NCBI GenBank assembly: GCA_963543925.1
Contig: CAUUCP010000003.1
Span: 13,763 to 77,762 of the forward strand
Length of the DNA stretch: 64,000 bases
Direction: 5' to 3'
Source: an uncultured Bacteroidia bacterium
GTDB taxonomy: Bacteria > Bacteroidota > Bacteroidia > Bacteroidales > CAJPTX01
Shown here: in pieces, positions 10,301-17,476 of the stretch
Layout: each line of letters opens with the position of its first letter
Position numbering within the stretch: position 1 is the first letter of the stretch
Position numbers and translations under genes: made by a program
Notes under the pieces: model-generated
Database searches by the model: none
What the model was told of the DNA's origin: nothing
What the model saw: the letters and a program-made list of their open reading frames with translations, nothing else

Positions 10301-10632
10301 CCGAACTCTCCGACCAAGCCGACGTAGACCACCCCGTCCGCACCGACGGCTAGGGAGCGTACTATGCGGTTCTCTGGTACGGGTATACGCCGCCACCGCT
10401 CGCCATCATACTCTAGGACGCCTCCTTCATTATTTCCGACATAGAGCAATCCTCTAGCGTCTTGCACGACCGCCCAGTTCTGCTCGCTCCCCTTGTACTC
10501 CTGATCTTTGAACCATCGAATCAAGAGGTTACCATGCTCTCTTTTTTCTACCGCCAGAGCATGTTGCCCCCCTAGCCCCAGCATAGCTAAGAGTACGCCA
10601 CAGAACCAGAACGACTTTGCTTTGCCAAACAT
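7336..10632 (-). CDS. Membrane sensor: periplasmic two-component-regulator propeller repeats + Y_Y_Y domain, one TM helix, cytoplasmic PP2C/SpoIIE-type phosphatase
   Basis: The track ORF begins at a GTG (10662), but the ATG at 10632 gives MFGKAKSFWFCGVLLAMLGLGG, a signal/TM segment. About 700 aa of propeller-type repeats follow. The Y_Y_Y-like segment is YSYRLRNSGDDWTKWENKAEIRYMNIAPGDYEFQVRARN. The TM helix is VWAYIVYVLLLIALVYAIIRW, followed by a coiled coil. The SpoIIE/PP2C motifs are SGDFYW...IADCTGHGVPG...FSDGYEDQFGG. Confidence 0.8.
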   Translation of the reverse strand: MFGKAKSFWFCGVLLAMLGLGGQHALAVEKREHGNLLIRWFKDQEYKGSEQNWAVVQDARGLLYVGNNEGGVLEYDGERWRRIPVPENRIVRSLAVGADGVVYVGLVGEFGCLRPDPRGVLQYVSLRKNIAEDIENFSDVYKTYVLGNRVYFCTANYIFAYDEQTSLLSVHPIPPMHVFLSFNLGEQLGISSFSDTLVCFTGKSFEPLALSYPKEVKERQIYGMLPLSEDTVLMAMNTSRFYYLLRRTGEVKEVPHGWGGKTLRDLQEEEAIPYVLKACPNGNIGIGFIFSEDVAYIELARSGNVEYVAGVTTGLADPYAMDFLHTTDGTLWFTQNNGITKLEQQSAVRKFDETNGINGAVLDVQRFDGVLYVGTMAGVQKLVQRDGIWKFESLPGINQPVWDLLPYYNPQTGARSLVALGMYSLYSIKNDKATIFSTSDKDVQFGGFVLSDTRSDARTLYVGTPTGIVSLYLENSGRWKKIPFFPKEINDEVRSLVIDFDNTLWAGTLTNGVYVVRGTDTKNPQLRHIDQHCGLPSMVNNEVFLLNKQVFLGTEKGLMRYDWNKDTLERIDTDAKPQYLSRLTGLRNRVVFQRYNAESEEYHISMGLIDANGQISAEEGKPFARFPRQWCDRIYWDDDNSLWFAYASRLFNYDFSIKRDYDKTFRVFVRKVHAIRADTVLFGGTHFAIQDSVYKILEDQNQTPELCLPYQENSLNFEVGVDFFEGEGVQYSYRLRNSGDDWTKWENKAEIRYMNIAPGDYEFQVRARNLYQVESNIATFRFVVRPPFYRTVWAYIVYVLLLIALVYAIIRWNMRRVMAEKKRLEQLVDERTAEVVAQKEHIEEQNKEILNSINYASKIQRAVLPTPEMVKDLFPDSFLLFLPRDVVSGDFYWMREVGGRKICVIADCTGHGVPGGFMSMLGATFLDQVVNSLPQLHSDEILNRLRAEVIKKLRQTDQIGSNKDGMDLALYILDEENKTIEFSGANNPLIIIRNGEILQYKADKMPIAIYLKGDLPFTRNEVELQPGDVLYTFSDGYEDQFGGPQNRKFMIKRLKELLAEIAPKDMDVQREILHRTLIDWQGSYSRTDDIIVFGLRIH

Positions 10633-10686
10633 AGAACCACACTCCTCTATATTTTTTCGCACTGACGTTTATTTTCAATACGTTGT

Positions 10687-12114
10687 TCAACGGTAGAGGT
10701 GCAAGACCCCCTTGTACTCCTTGCCTGCAAACTCTACACCATCCCACCCTATGGCCCGAATCACATAGAAATAGACCCCCACGGGGAGGGGTTCTCCTTT
10801 TCCGTCCTTCCTTCCATTCCATCCGTCCCACTTTCGTATATCTCCGTGATATTCGTAGACTTTCGCACCTCCACGATTCATCACCATGACATCGAACTGT
10901 TTAATGGAACGCGCGTTCTTATCTCGTTCGATGATTTGAAATAGGTCATTGATTCCGTCTCCATTAGGAGAAAATACGTTAGGGATGGCATTCTTGGAGA
11001 GTAATGCGGAGTCGACCTTGACTTGGATACGCAATGTATCTTGACATCCAGAGTTCTCATTGACGACACGCAACTCGGCACGATAGACCCCAGCAGTAAA
11101 TAGGTTCGGATTAGGACGCACCTCGGCACTCTGTGCATAGGGCATGGATTCGTAAAACAGCGTATCCGCGCGACCACGTCGTACAGCCCGCACATCATTC
11201 CTGATGGTAAAATGGAGCTTGGTTGCATTCTTCGCCTCTGAAATCATCCGCGAGATGAAGGGTGCTTCCCCTTGCGGGGATTCTCCGCCATCCTTCCACT
11301 GTTCGGAGAGTCCGTCGAGATCCTCGTTAATCTGGATTTTCATCTTCGCCTTGGTCGCTACGGGCTGTAGCTCCTGAGTTGCGGCTTCGAAACGTTTTCC
11401 CGAGAGGGTCTCCACGACGACTTTGTACCCAAAAGCTTCGTAAGGGGGAGGGGTAATCTTCTGGGGGACAATCCCAAAGACCTCAACGGGCGTCCCCTTG
11501 CTATTGAACCAATTGACGTTTTTGAAATAGCCAGCCCCGAGCTCTGAGCACTCGGAGAGTTCGTCTATGGCCAGGTCGTAATAGGTGAACTTGTCGTAAC
11601 GTATGGCATCGAAGTCGTAGTTAAACAGTGGGGCTAATGTAAGCCCATCACACTTGTTTACAGCCTTGAGTTTTTCGAGATCGATATCGTCGTAAAAGAA
11701 CCAGAGCGAGCGTTTGTGCACAACACCGCCAGCACCCGTAAATTCCACTTGATATCCGCCAGACTCATGCACGACAAAGCTCGCGAGCGCCCCAACGGCA
11801 TTTTCCTTTTCGAGGAACTCTTTGTTCCAACCATCCGTATGGAACTTTGAAAGACGAAAAGTACCGCTCTGTCCCGCTTGTGTTTTTGCGACTAAGGTTG
11901 CGGTGGGAGTGGTCTCTTTTGCCCCAAATATGAAGTAGATAGAGTCCCTTTCCGTTCCCCACGCATAGCGCGTTTGGGTCTGATAGTTCGGCGCTTGCAC
12001 ATAAAAGGTCAATGGTGCAGGAGTACTAGGGGTCTGTCCCCACACAGACTGCCCCCCGCAGAATAGGCAGCATACGAGGCAAACGAGGCAAAATGAAGAG
12101 ACGAGACGGTACAT
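10687..12114 (-). CDS. Secreted protein with T9SS type B (gliding-motility-associated, CHU_C-like) C-terminal sorting domain; N-terminal part unknown
   Basis: The C-terminus NVFSPNGDGINDLF...WDGWNGR..G..LP.GVYFYVI...GVLHLYR is the type B CTD signature. The start is trimmed to the ATG at 12114 (MYRLVSSFCLVCLVCCLF, a signal peptide). The longer track ORF would overlap the upstream gene. Confidence 0.7.
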   Translation of the reverse strand: MYRLVSSFCLVCLVCCLFCGGQSVWGQTPSTPAPLTFYVQAPNYQTQTRYAWGTERDSIYFIFGAKETTPTATLVAKTQAGQSGTFRLSKFHTDGWNKEFLEKENAVGALASFVVHESGGYQVEFTGAGGVVHKRSLWFFYDDIDLEKLKAVNKCDGLTLAPLFNYDFDAIRYDKFTYYDLAIDELSECSELGAGYFKNVNWFNSKGTPVEVFGIVPQKITPPPYEAFGYKVVVETLSGKRFEAATQELQPVATKAKMKIQINEDLDGLSEQWKDGGESPQGEAPFISRMISEAKNATKLHFTIRNDVRAVRRGRADTLFYESMPYAQSAEVRPNPNLFTAGVYRAELRVVNENSGCQDTLRIQVKVDSALLSKNAIPNVFSPNGDGINDLFQIIERDKNARSIKQFDVMVMNRGGAKVYEYHGDIRKWDGWNGRKDGKGEPLPVGVYFYVIRAIGWDGVEFAGKEYKGVLHLYR

Positions 12115-12229
12115 CCTGTAAGAGAAATGACGACAAACAATAGCACGCACGCTGGTTGCTCTCCTTTTTAGGAGTTCGACCGAGGAACGCAGTGCAAAGA
12201 TAATGATAGTCATATAGGTAAGGATCGTC

Positions 12230-13903
12230 TTATATGTTATGCCTCCACTCCATTTTTCGCGAGGCGCCACCTTCGTCTCGATAGTAAGTATCAATACGCA
12301 AACGTAGGGGTAAATGGAAGTCGAGATTCGTCAACCAGGAAGGAATGACATCGTTCGGGATATTAGGACGCAAGTCGCCACGCCAAGCAAAACCGTACAA
12401 AATCCGATCCTCAGGTTGCGTATCTTGGATGGGCGAGATAATGGACTCTGTTTCTTGGTAAAAAGTAGCCTGTGCGGCTCGCCCCTCGACCATCCGAATG
12501 CGATAACGCGGGCTTTTTACCCGATTGATCCCCAACAACTTTTCATCTTCACGCATAAAGAATATGACGTCGCCATCTTCAGCAATATCGATCCGATCGA
12601 GGTTGTTGTCTCGTAAATAGGCACGCATGACGAGCCCGGTCATCTGATTGTAATAATCTTCTTTGTCATGCGAGCCAAGAAAGACCTTTTCTTCCAAGAG
12701 TATACTATCGACGCCTTGTTTTCCCAAATAGCCTGTAATATGGACAGCCGAGATTTGCGATTCCCCATTCCACACATAGGGATAGGGCGTCCCCACGAGA
12801 GTAAAGAGGCTGTCCCGTCCATTGATATAAAGCGTATCGCACGCGATCTGGAAATCGTTACGAAAGCTTCGGCATCGCTCCTGCGCCCAGATATGATACA
12901 CCGTATCGGCGGATAGGTGGAGCGTATCCTTGTTGGAAAAGATAACCTCGCTCTTCACCTCAAACTTCTGTGCACAGACCAAAAGGGTATCGTGACGCAG
13001 GGCGGCGGAATCGACCTTGTAGAGCAACGGTTGTTGATCTGCCAAGACACGCTGCGGCTCTGACCAGTAGAAAAGGTGCTGACTATAGATGCGGTCTCGC
13101 CGTACGGAATCCTCCAAGAGGACATTTCCAAAGGCTTCTAACTCCTTTTGCGCACCATAGATGTGCAGTCGATCGGCAAAGAAGTGCTCACCTTTGTCGC
13201 GGAAGGCGACACTCCCGCGGAGTTCCGACTCCTTGGTATTGAGATTGTACCACCCTCGATTGCATAGCCCGACCTGTTCGAGTCGATACATGCGTATATT
13301 TCCCCAGAGGTACAACATAGCCTCGGCGCGATGATATTCGAGGGTATCGCTAAAGCTACGCAACTCCTCCCCTTGAAAACGCACCTCGCCAGTAAGAATC
13401 GATAGGCTCTGGTTCGCGAGGTACTCCCCGCGCAGACTTTCGAGCTCGTTATTCTCGGCACGCATTCGCCCCCAGGTCGTAAATCGTACGAGGTTTTCGC
13501 GGGTATCGTAATCTAAGAGGTCACTCCAGAGAGTGTAATTTTGTACTGTATCTCGTAGTTCGACGTTTTGCCCAAAGATGCGCCCAGTGCCCGCATCACC
13601 CTCATAGTAAAGGGAATCGCCCATAATACGGAGTCCCTTGCTAAGGATGAGCACATGCCCGTAGGCACGGAATCGATTGTTTTGCTGAAAGAGATAGGCA
13701 CTGTCACAGCTCATGATGGCGCCCTCGTGCTCCAGCAACACGTCCCCGAGGAGTCTATGCACGGCGACGTCGCCGATCAGGAGAGGCTTCATCGAACGTG
13801 CGCGCTTTATGGCGACGTCCACGGTGCTCCAACACGTCTGGGAGGCTGCGAGCAGGAGTAAATGGAGCACAAGACCATACCGCAGCACAAGACTCCGTAT
13901 CAC
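12230..13903 (-). CDS. OstA/LptD-N-like (OstA-like_N repeats) envelope protein
   Basis: The 557 aa ORF has a GTG start 2 nt after the SurA-like stop and a hydrophobic N-terminus. Segments of the LptA/OstA beta-jellyroll type recur (e.g. DSAYLFQQNNRFRAYGHVLILSKGLRIMGDSLYY). It is paired with a SurA-like gene, as in other Bacteroidota. This is family recall only. Confidence 0.55.
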   Translation of the reverse strand: MIRSLVLRYGLVLHLLLLAASQTCWSTVDVAIKRARSMKPLLIGDVAVHRLLGDVLLEHEGAIMSCDSAYLFQQNNRFRAYGHVLILSKGLRIMGDSLYYEGDAGTGRIFGQNVELRDTVQNYTLWSDLLDYDTRENLVRFTTWGRMRAENNELESLRGEYLANQSLSILTGEVRFQGEELRSFSDTLEYHRAEAMLYLWGNIRMYRLEQVGLCNRGWYNLNTKESELRGSVAFRDKGEHFFADRLHIYGAQKELEAFGNVLLEDSVRRDRIYSQHLFYWSEPQRVLADQQPLLYKVDSAALRHDTLLVCAQKFEVKSEVIFSNKDTLHLSADTVYHIWAQERCRSFRNDFQIACDTLYINGRDSLFTLVGTPYPYVWNGESQISAVHITGYLGKQGVDSILLEEKVFLGSHDKEDYYNQMTGLVMRAYLRDNNLDRIDIAEDGDVIFFMREDEKLLGINRVKSPRYRIRMVEGRAAQATFYQETESIISPIQDTQPEDRILYGFAWRGDLRPNIPNDVIPSWLTNLDFHLPLRLRIDTYYRDEGGASRKMEWRHNI

Positions 13904-13905
13904 GA

Positions 13906-15255
13906 CTATTGTTTGGTCGTCATTTTACTTTTCCAGAAAGTATACTTGAATGCGCAATCTGCATAACGACCGTCTATCCAAATATACATATTTTTCTGTT
14001 TTTTCTCTACCCACTGATCGAATACCTTTGTTTCCTTCTTTGCCTTAGCGAGTTTTTGCACCATAGCGTAGTCGTTCTGTAGATTCATCTGATGAGGAGG
14101 TATAATCTTCTCTAGACGGATGACCTTGACGACGACATTTCCGACTCGGTCTCGACTCTCAAATGGGGCGCTGATCTGCCCGACCTTCATTTCTTTGATC
14201 GCGTAATAATCCACGGGGAGCATGACCTCTTTGTCGAGCTCTGTGCTACCGTTTTGTATGTTGAGAGCAAATCCTCCGTTGAGTCGAGTATCTTTGTCGT
14301 CAGAGTAACGAAGACAGGCCTCTGCAAAGGAGAGGGAGTCTTTCGCAATGAGCTGTTTGATACTATCGAGCCGCTCGGCGGTCTTTGCAATCACCTCACT
14401 AGAATAGGTGGGTCGCATGAGGATGTGCCTGACATTGACCAACTTTCCCTTCTTTCCAATCATCTGGATAAGATGGTAACCGTACTCGGTTTTGACAATG
14501 GGGCTTACCTGTCCCTCGGCCAATGCGAAAGCGGCATCGGCAAAGGGTTTCACGAATCCTTCGCGCGGCATATACCCCATTTCACCTCCCTTGATAGCAG
14601 AGGCTCGATCTTCGGAATAGGCAACGGCAAGGGTAGAGAAGCGTTCGCCCTTGAGGATACGTTCCCGTAGATTCAACAATTTTTCTTTCACCTGAAACTC
14701 CGCCTCGGTAGCGGCAATGGGTGCGAGTACCAACTGTCGATACACGAACTGTTCTGGCAACATCTCTAGGCTATCCTTTGGTAGGGCACGATAGTATTCC
14801 TCGACCTCGGAGGGCGTGACCAAAACTTTGTCGACAATCTTGGCACGCACTTGTTCCGAGCGGCGTTGCTCGCTCAGGAGCTGCGCCATCTCTTTTCGGA
14901 TGTCCTTGAGTGATCTTCCATACTGTTTTTCAAGCGCCTCTTCGCTCCCTGCCTGCTGGATGAAGTGTGCGAGTCGCTGTTCGATCTCTTGTGAGTTTTC
15001 CAAGTTGGGTTGTGGTATACTATCGAGGTCGGCTTGGTCGAGTAGCATGTAATGTATGAGCAGAGACTCTAGGACACCGCAAGCGCTATTTTTCTGAAAC
15101 TGCGGATTCTGCATACGGGCACGTACGAGCTCCATTTCGACGTCGGAGTAGAGCAACTGTCGCGTACCGACATTGGCAATCGTACCGTCAAGTAGCTGTG
15201 CTGCAGCCGTCAGCGTAATAAAAAAAGCCCCCAAGACCAATAGGCAACCTTTCAT
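13906..15255 (-). CDS. SurA-like periplasmic chaperone / PpiC-type peptidyl-prolyl isomerase
   Basis: The 449 aa ORF has a signal peptide and a SurA_N-like helical N-terminal region. The parvulin motif region is FSTLAVAYSED..SAIKGGEMGYM.....VKPFADAAFAL..GQVSPIVKTEYGYHLIQ. Confidence 0.8.
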   Translation of the reverse strand: MKGCLLVLGAFFITLTAAAQLLDGTIANVGTRQLLYSDVEMELVRARMQNPQFQKNSACGVLESLLIHYMLLDQADLDSIPQPNLENSQEIEQRLAHFIQQAGSEEALEKQYGRSLKDIRKEMAQLLSEQRRSEQVRAKIVDKVLVTPSEVEEYYRALPKDSLEMLPEQFVYRQLVLAPIAATEAEFQVKEKLLNLRERILKGERFSTLAVAYSEDRASAIKGGEMGYMPREGFVKPFADAAFALAEGQVSPIVKTEYGYHLIQMIGKKGKLVNVRHILMRPTYSSEVIAKTAERLDSIKQLIAKDSLSFAEACLRYSDDKDTRLNGGFALNIQNGSTELDKEVMLPVDYYAIKEMKVGQISAPFESRDRVGNVVVKVIRLEKIIPPHQMNLQNDYAMVQKLAKAKKETKVFDQWVEKKQKNMYIWIDGRYADCAFKYTFWKSKMTTKQ

Positions 15256-15329
15256 AAGCGTGCTTAGCGTTAAAAGTTCGTAGGAAGTTTATGTACACTC
15301 CGTACATCGCATCCGTGCACAATGCAGTG

Positions 15330-15337
15330 CAAAGGTA
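15330..15337 (-). promoter_or_regulatory. Candidate -7 element (TAnnTTTG) for the surA-like operon
   Basis: The minus strand reads TACCTTTG about 75 nt upstream of the ATG at 15255. Confidence 0.35.
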
Positions 15338-15468
15338 ACTTTTTTGCGAGAGTCGGGGGGCGTCAAAAGGAGGCTACAATCCTAAAAGGAGGTGTAAGTG
15401 TCACAGACACTGGTAGGGGATGGGGCGGATATAATTTGTATATTCCTAAATATACGAGACTACCTACG

Positions 15469-15661
15469 GGGTGGGATAGGGGTGGAATAGGGGTAGATCG
15501 GGTGTAGTCCCCTTGTAGTCCGCATGTTCCCCGCATGTAGCCCGCCTGTTCCCTCAGCAAATTCGGTGTGAAAATAGCCATTATTTATGACGCATTTCAC
15601 TATTTCTACACCACGTTATTTAATAAGTCGTATAGAAATACCAGCTTAGGGATTCCTAAAG
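15469..15661 (-). repeat. Partial, inverted relative (R1) of the 223-bp element, plus an array of 11-nt periodic units
   Basis: The reverse complement of about 15565-15661 aligns with the first ~95 nt of 19246-19468 and starts from the near-palindrome CTTTAGGAATCCCTAAG. The stretch 15469-15551 holds about 7 consecutive 11-nt units ending in TAG/TTC (gggtgggatag, gggtggaatag, ..., atcgggtgtag, tccccttgtag, tccgcatgttc, cccgcatgtag). Confidence 0.5.
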
Positions 15662-15699
15662 TTATAGTATATGCAGAGGAGGTAAGGAGCGCTTTCCAC

Positions 15700-17340
15700 C
15701 TATCCTTCAATCCCGCCCGTCCGGCGCGAGGACCGCCCGTCTGGCACGAGGACCCACGACCCGATGTTGCGCTTCTCCTCATCAAAGGAAGCGCCGATGA
15801 GGAGGAGTTTCTTGTGTGATGATTGGTAAGGGGCAGCGTAACCCTGAGCGATGATTTGCGCGATAGCATCCTCGGGGGTTCCTGCACTCCAGAGCTTTAA
15901 CTCAAAGATGTAGATCACCTGGTCGGTGTGGACGATAATATCTGCCCGCCCCTTGTTGTTGTGCACCTCGGTATGGACAAATTTCCCTAACAAGGTAAAG
16001 ATGAAGTAGAGGGCGACTTGTGCATCGCGTTCTCGGTACTCGACGTCGTTGATATTGTCATAAGGCACGCCCGCCAGGAGGGACTCTATCTTGGCCATGA
16101 TCTGCGCTACGTCGCCTGTCTCTATAGCCTCTTGGAACTCCCAGACAGCCGCCCCGGTCTCGGAGTATTTGAGTGGCGCGAGGATGGGCTGTAGATTGCC
16201 GAGGAAACTATACTTTACCTCGTCGTTCGGAAATCCGAGGCGATAGGTCTCGCTCGCGGGGAGGTAATCTTTGATCGTCAGATATCCTGCTTGGAAGAGT
16301 ACGGGGATCACATCCTGCGAATCGGTGCTATAATTTTCCAAGGCAAAGCGTGGGACGGGGACTCCCTTTTCGAAGTTTGGGAAGTAGTGCCGTTCGTGTT
16401 TGAGCTTCTCTACGAGGAAGGTGGGAGTGCCCGTTGTGTACCAATAGTTGCTAAATCGCTTCTTTTGCAGTACGTTGAGTAAACTAAAGGGGTTGTAGAC
16501 GTGCACGTCGCTGTCTTCTGTAAAGAGGTAACCGTCGTAGTGTTTTTTGAGTTTAGCGAGCATGTCTTGGTGGGAGAGGTTTTCTTTGGCAGCGAACTCC
16601 TCGATCTCGGGGGCAAAATTCGCTTCTAGTTCCGCCTCGGTAATACCACAGATTCCAGCCATATTCCCATCCATACTGATATCATTCAGATGGTTAAGAC
16701 CGCTAAAGATCCCCACCTTACTGAAGCGCGTTACGCCCGTTAGGAAGACGAAGCGGAGGTATTCGCTAGTTCCCTTTAGGACGGAGTAGAAGGCGTGGAG
16801 CATCTCCTTGTAGCTCTGGTGAATCTCGTGGCGATGAAGAGTATCGAGGAGAGGCTTGTCGTACTCATCAATCAGGACGACCACTTGTTGCCCTGTTTTT
16901 TTACACGCACGCTGTATGACCCCTCGGAAACGGCTCGGATAGGTCTGTTCCGCGGGCTCAACCCCATAACGTTTTTCCCACTCGGTCAATGCGACATTCA
17001 GTGTATTATTAAGCTCAAATTCGCTGGTGTAACGTTCTTCGTTCAATGTTAAATAGAGGACAGGATACTCCAGCCACGGCTGACGTTGCTCGTCTGCTGC
17101 GAGCTCGGGTTCGGCATCTTCTAGATAGAGTCCCTGAAAGAGCTCTTTCTTTCCTAGGAAATAGGCTTCGAGGGTGGAGAGTAGGAGGCTCTTACCGAAG
17201 CGCCGCGGACGACTGAGGAAGTAGGCTTTACCTTTTAGTAACTGGTAGATATACTGTGTTTTATCCACGTACAAAAAGTTCCTTTTGCGAAGGTCTTGAA
17301 AGCTCTGCTCGCCCACAGGCATTACACGTTTTGCGGTCAT
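15700..17340 (-). CDS. ATPase-nuclease fusion protein, copy A (Predicted AAA-ATPase N-terminal domain + PD-(D/E)xK PDDEXK_9-like C-terminal domain)
   Basis: The 546 aa ORF begins MPVGEQSFQDLRKRNFLYVDKTQYI. The Walker A-like motif is FLSRPRRFGKSLLLST and the Walker B is VVVLIDEYDKPL. Further motifs are FLTGVTRFSKVGIFSGLN and the C-terminal nuclease-like GRADIIVHTD..IYIFELKL. This is the architecture I recall for Pfam PF09820 + PF08011 proteins, which are abundant in Bacteroidales. Confidence 0.85.
   Translation of the reverse strand: MTAKRVMPVGEQSFQDLRKRNFLYVDKTQYIYQLLKGKAYFLSRPRRFGKSLLLSTLEAYFLGKKELFQGLYLEDAEPELAADEQRQPWLEYPVLYLTLNEERYTSEFELNNTLNVALTEWEKRYGVEPAEQTYPSRFRGVIQRACKKTGQQVVVLIDEYDKPLLDTLHRHEIHQSYKEMLHAFYSVLKGTSEYLRFVFLTGVTRFSKVGIFSGLNHLNDISMDGNMAGICGITEAELEANFAPEIEEFAAKENLSHQDMLAKLKKHYDGYLFTEDSDVHVYNPFSLLNVLQKKRFSNYWYTTGTPTFLVEKLKHERHYFPNFEKGVPVPRFALENYSTDSQDVIPVLFQAGYLTIKDYLPASETYRLGFPNDEVKYSFLGNLQPILAPLKYSETGAAVWEFQEAIETGDVAQIMAKIESLLAGVPYDNINDVEYRERDAQVALYFIFTLLGKFVHTEVHNNKGRADIIVHTDQVIYIFELKLWSAGTPEDAIAQIIAQGYAAPYQSSHKKLLLIGASFDEEKRNIGSWVLVPDGRSSRRTGGIEG
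15704..15752. repeat. Short GC-rich repeat unit (TCCTTCAAT-N3-CGCCCGTCYGGCGCGAGGA) followed by a 20-nt partial tandem copy
   Basis: The sequence tccttcaatcccgcccgtccggcgcgagga is followed by ccgcccgtctggcacgagga. It overlaps the 3' end and stop of ATPase-nuclease copy A. Confidence 0.7.
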
Positions 17341-17401
17341 TCTCTTCTGGTCTATTCTTGCGAAAGGTACGAAAAGTCCTCAGGCTTCAAGGTAAGAACC
17401 G

Positions 17402-17476
17402 TCCTTCAATTTGCGCCCGTCTGGCGCGAGGAGCCCTTCCGCCTATCCTTCAATCCCGCCCGTCTGGCGCGAGAAC
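17402..17476. repeat. Two more copies of the ~30-nt GC-rich repeat unit at the junction of the tandem duplication
   Basis: The two copies are tccttcaatttgcgcccgtctggcgcgagga (17402-17432) and tccttcaatcccgcccgtctggcgcgagaa (17447-17476). Each contains the small hairpin GCGCC-cgtct-GGCGC or a 4-bp version of it. Confidence 0.7.

Noticed and set aside
15322-15887. Small ORFs in the spacer and repeat region (15322-15507, 15363-15581, 15568-15819, 15606-15887).
   Set aside because: They are built from the 11-nt repeat array and the palindromic element, or overlap the 3' end of ATPase copy A. Their composition is repeat-driven, with no start context or motifs.
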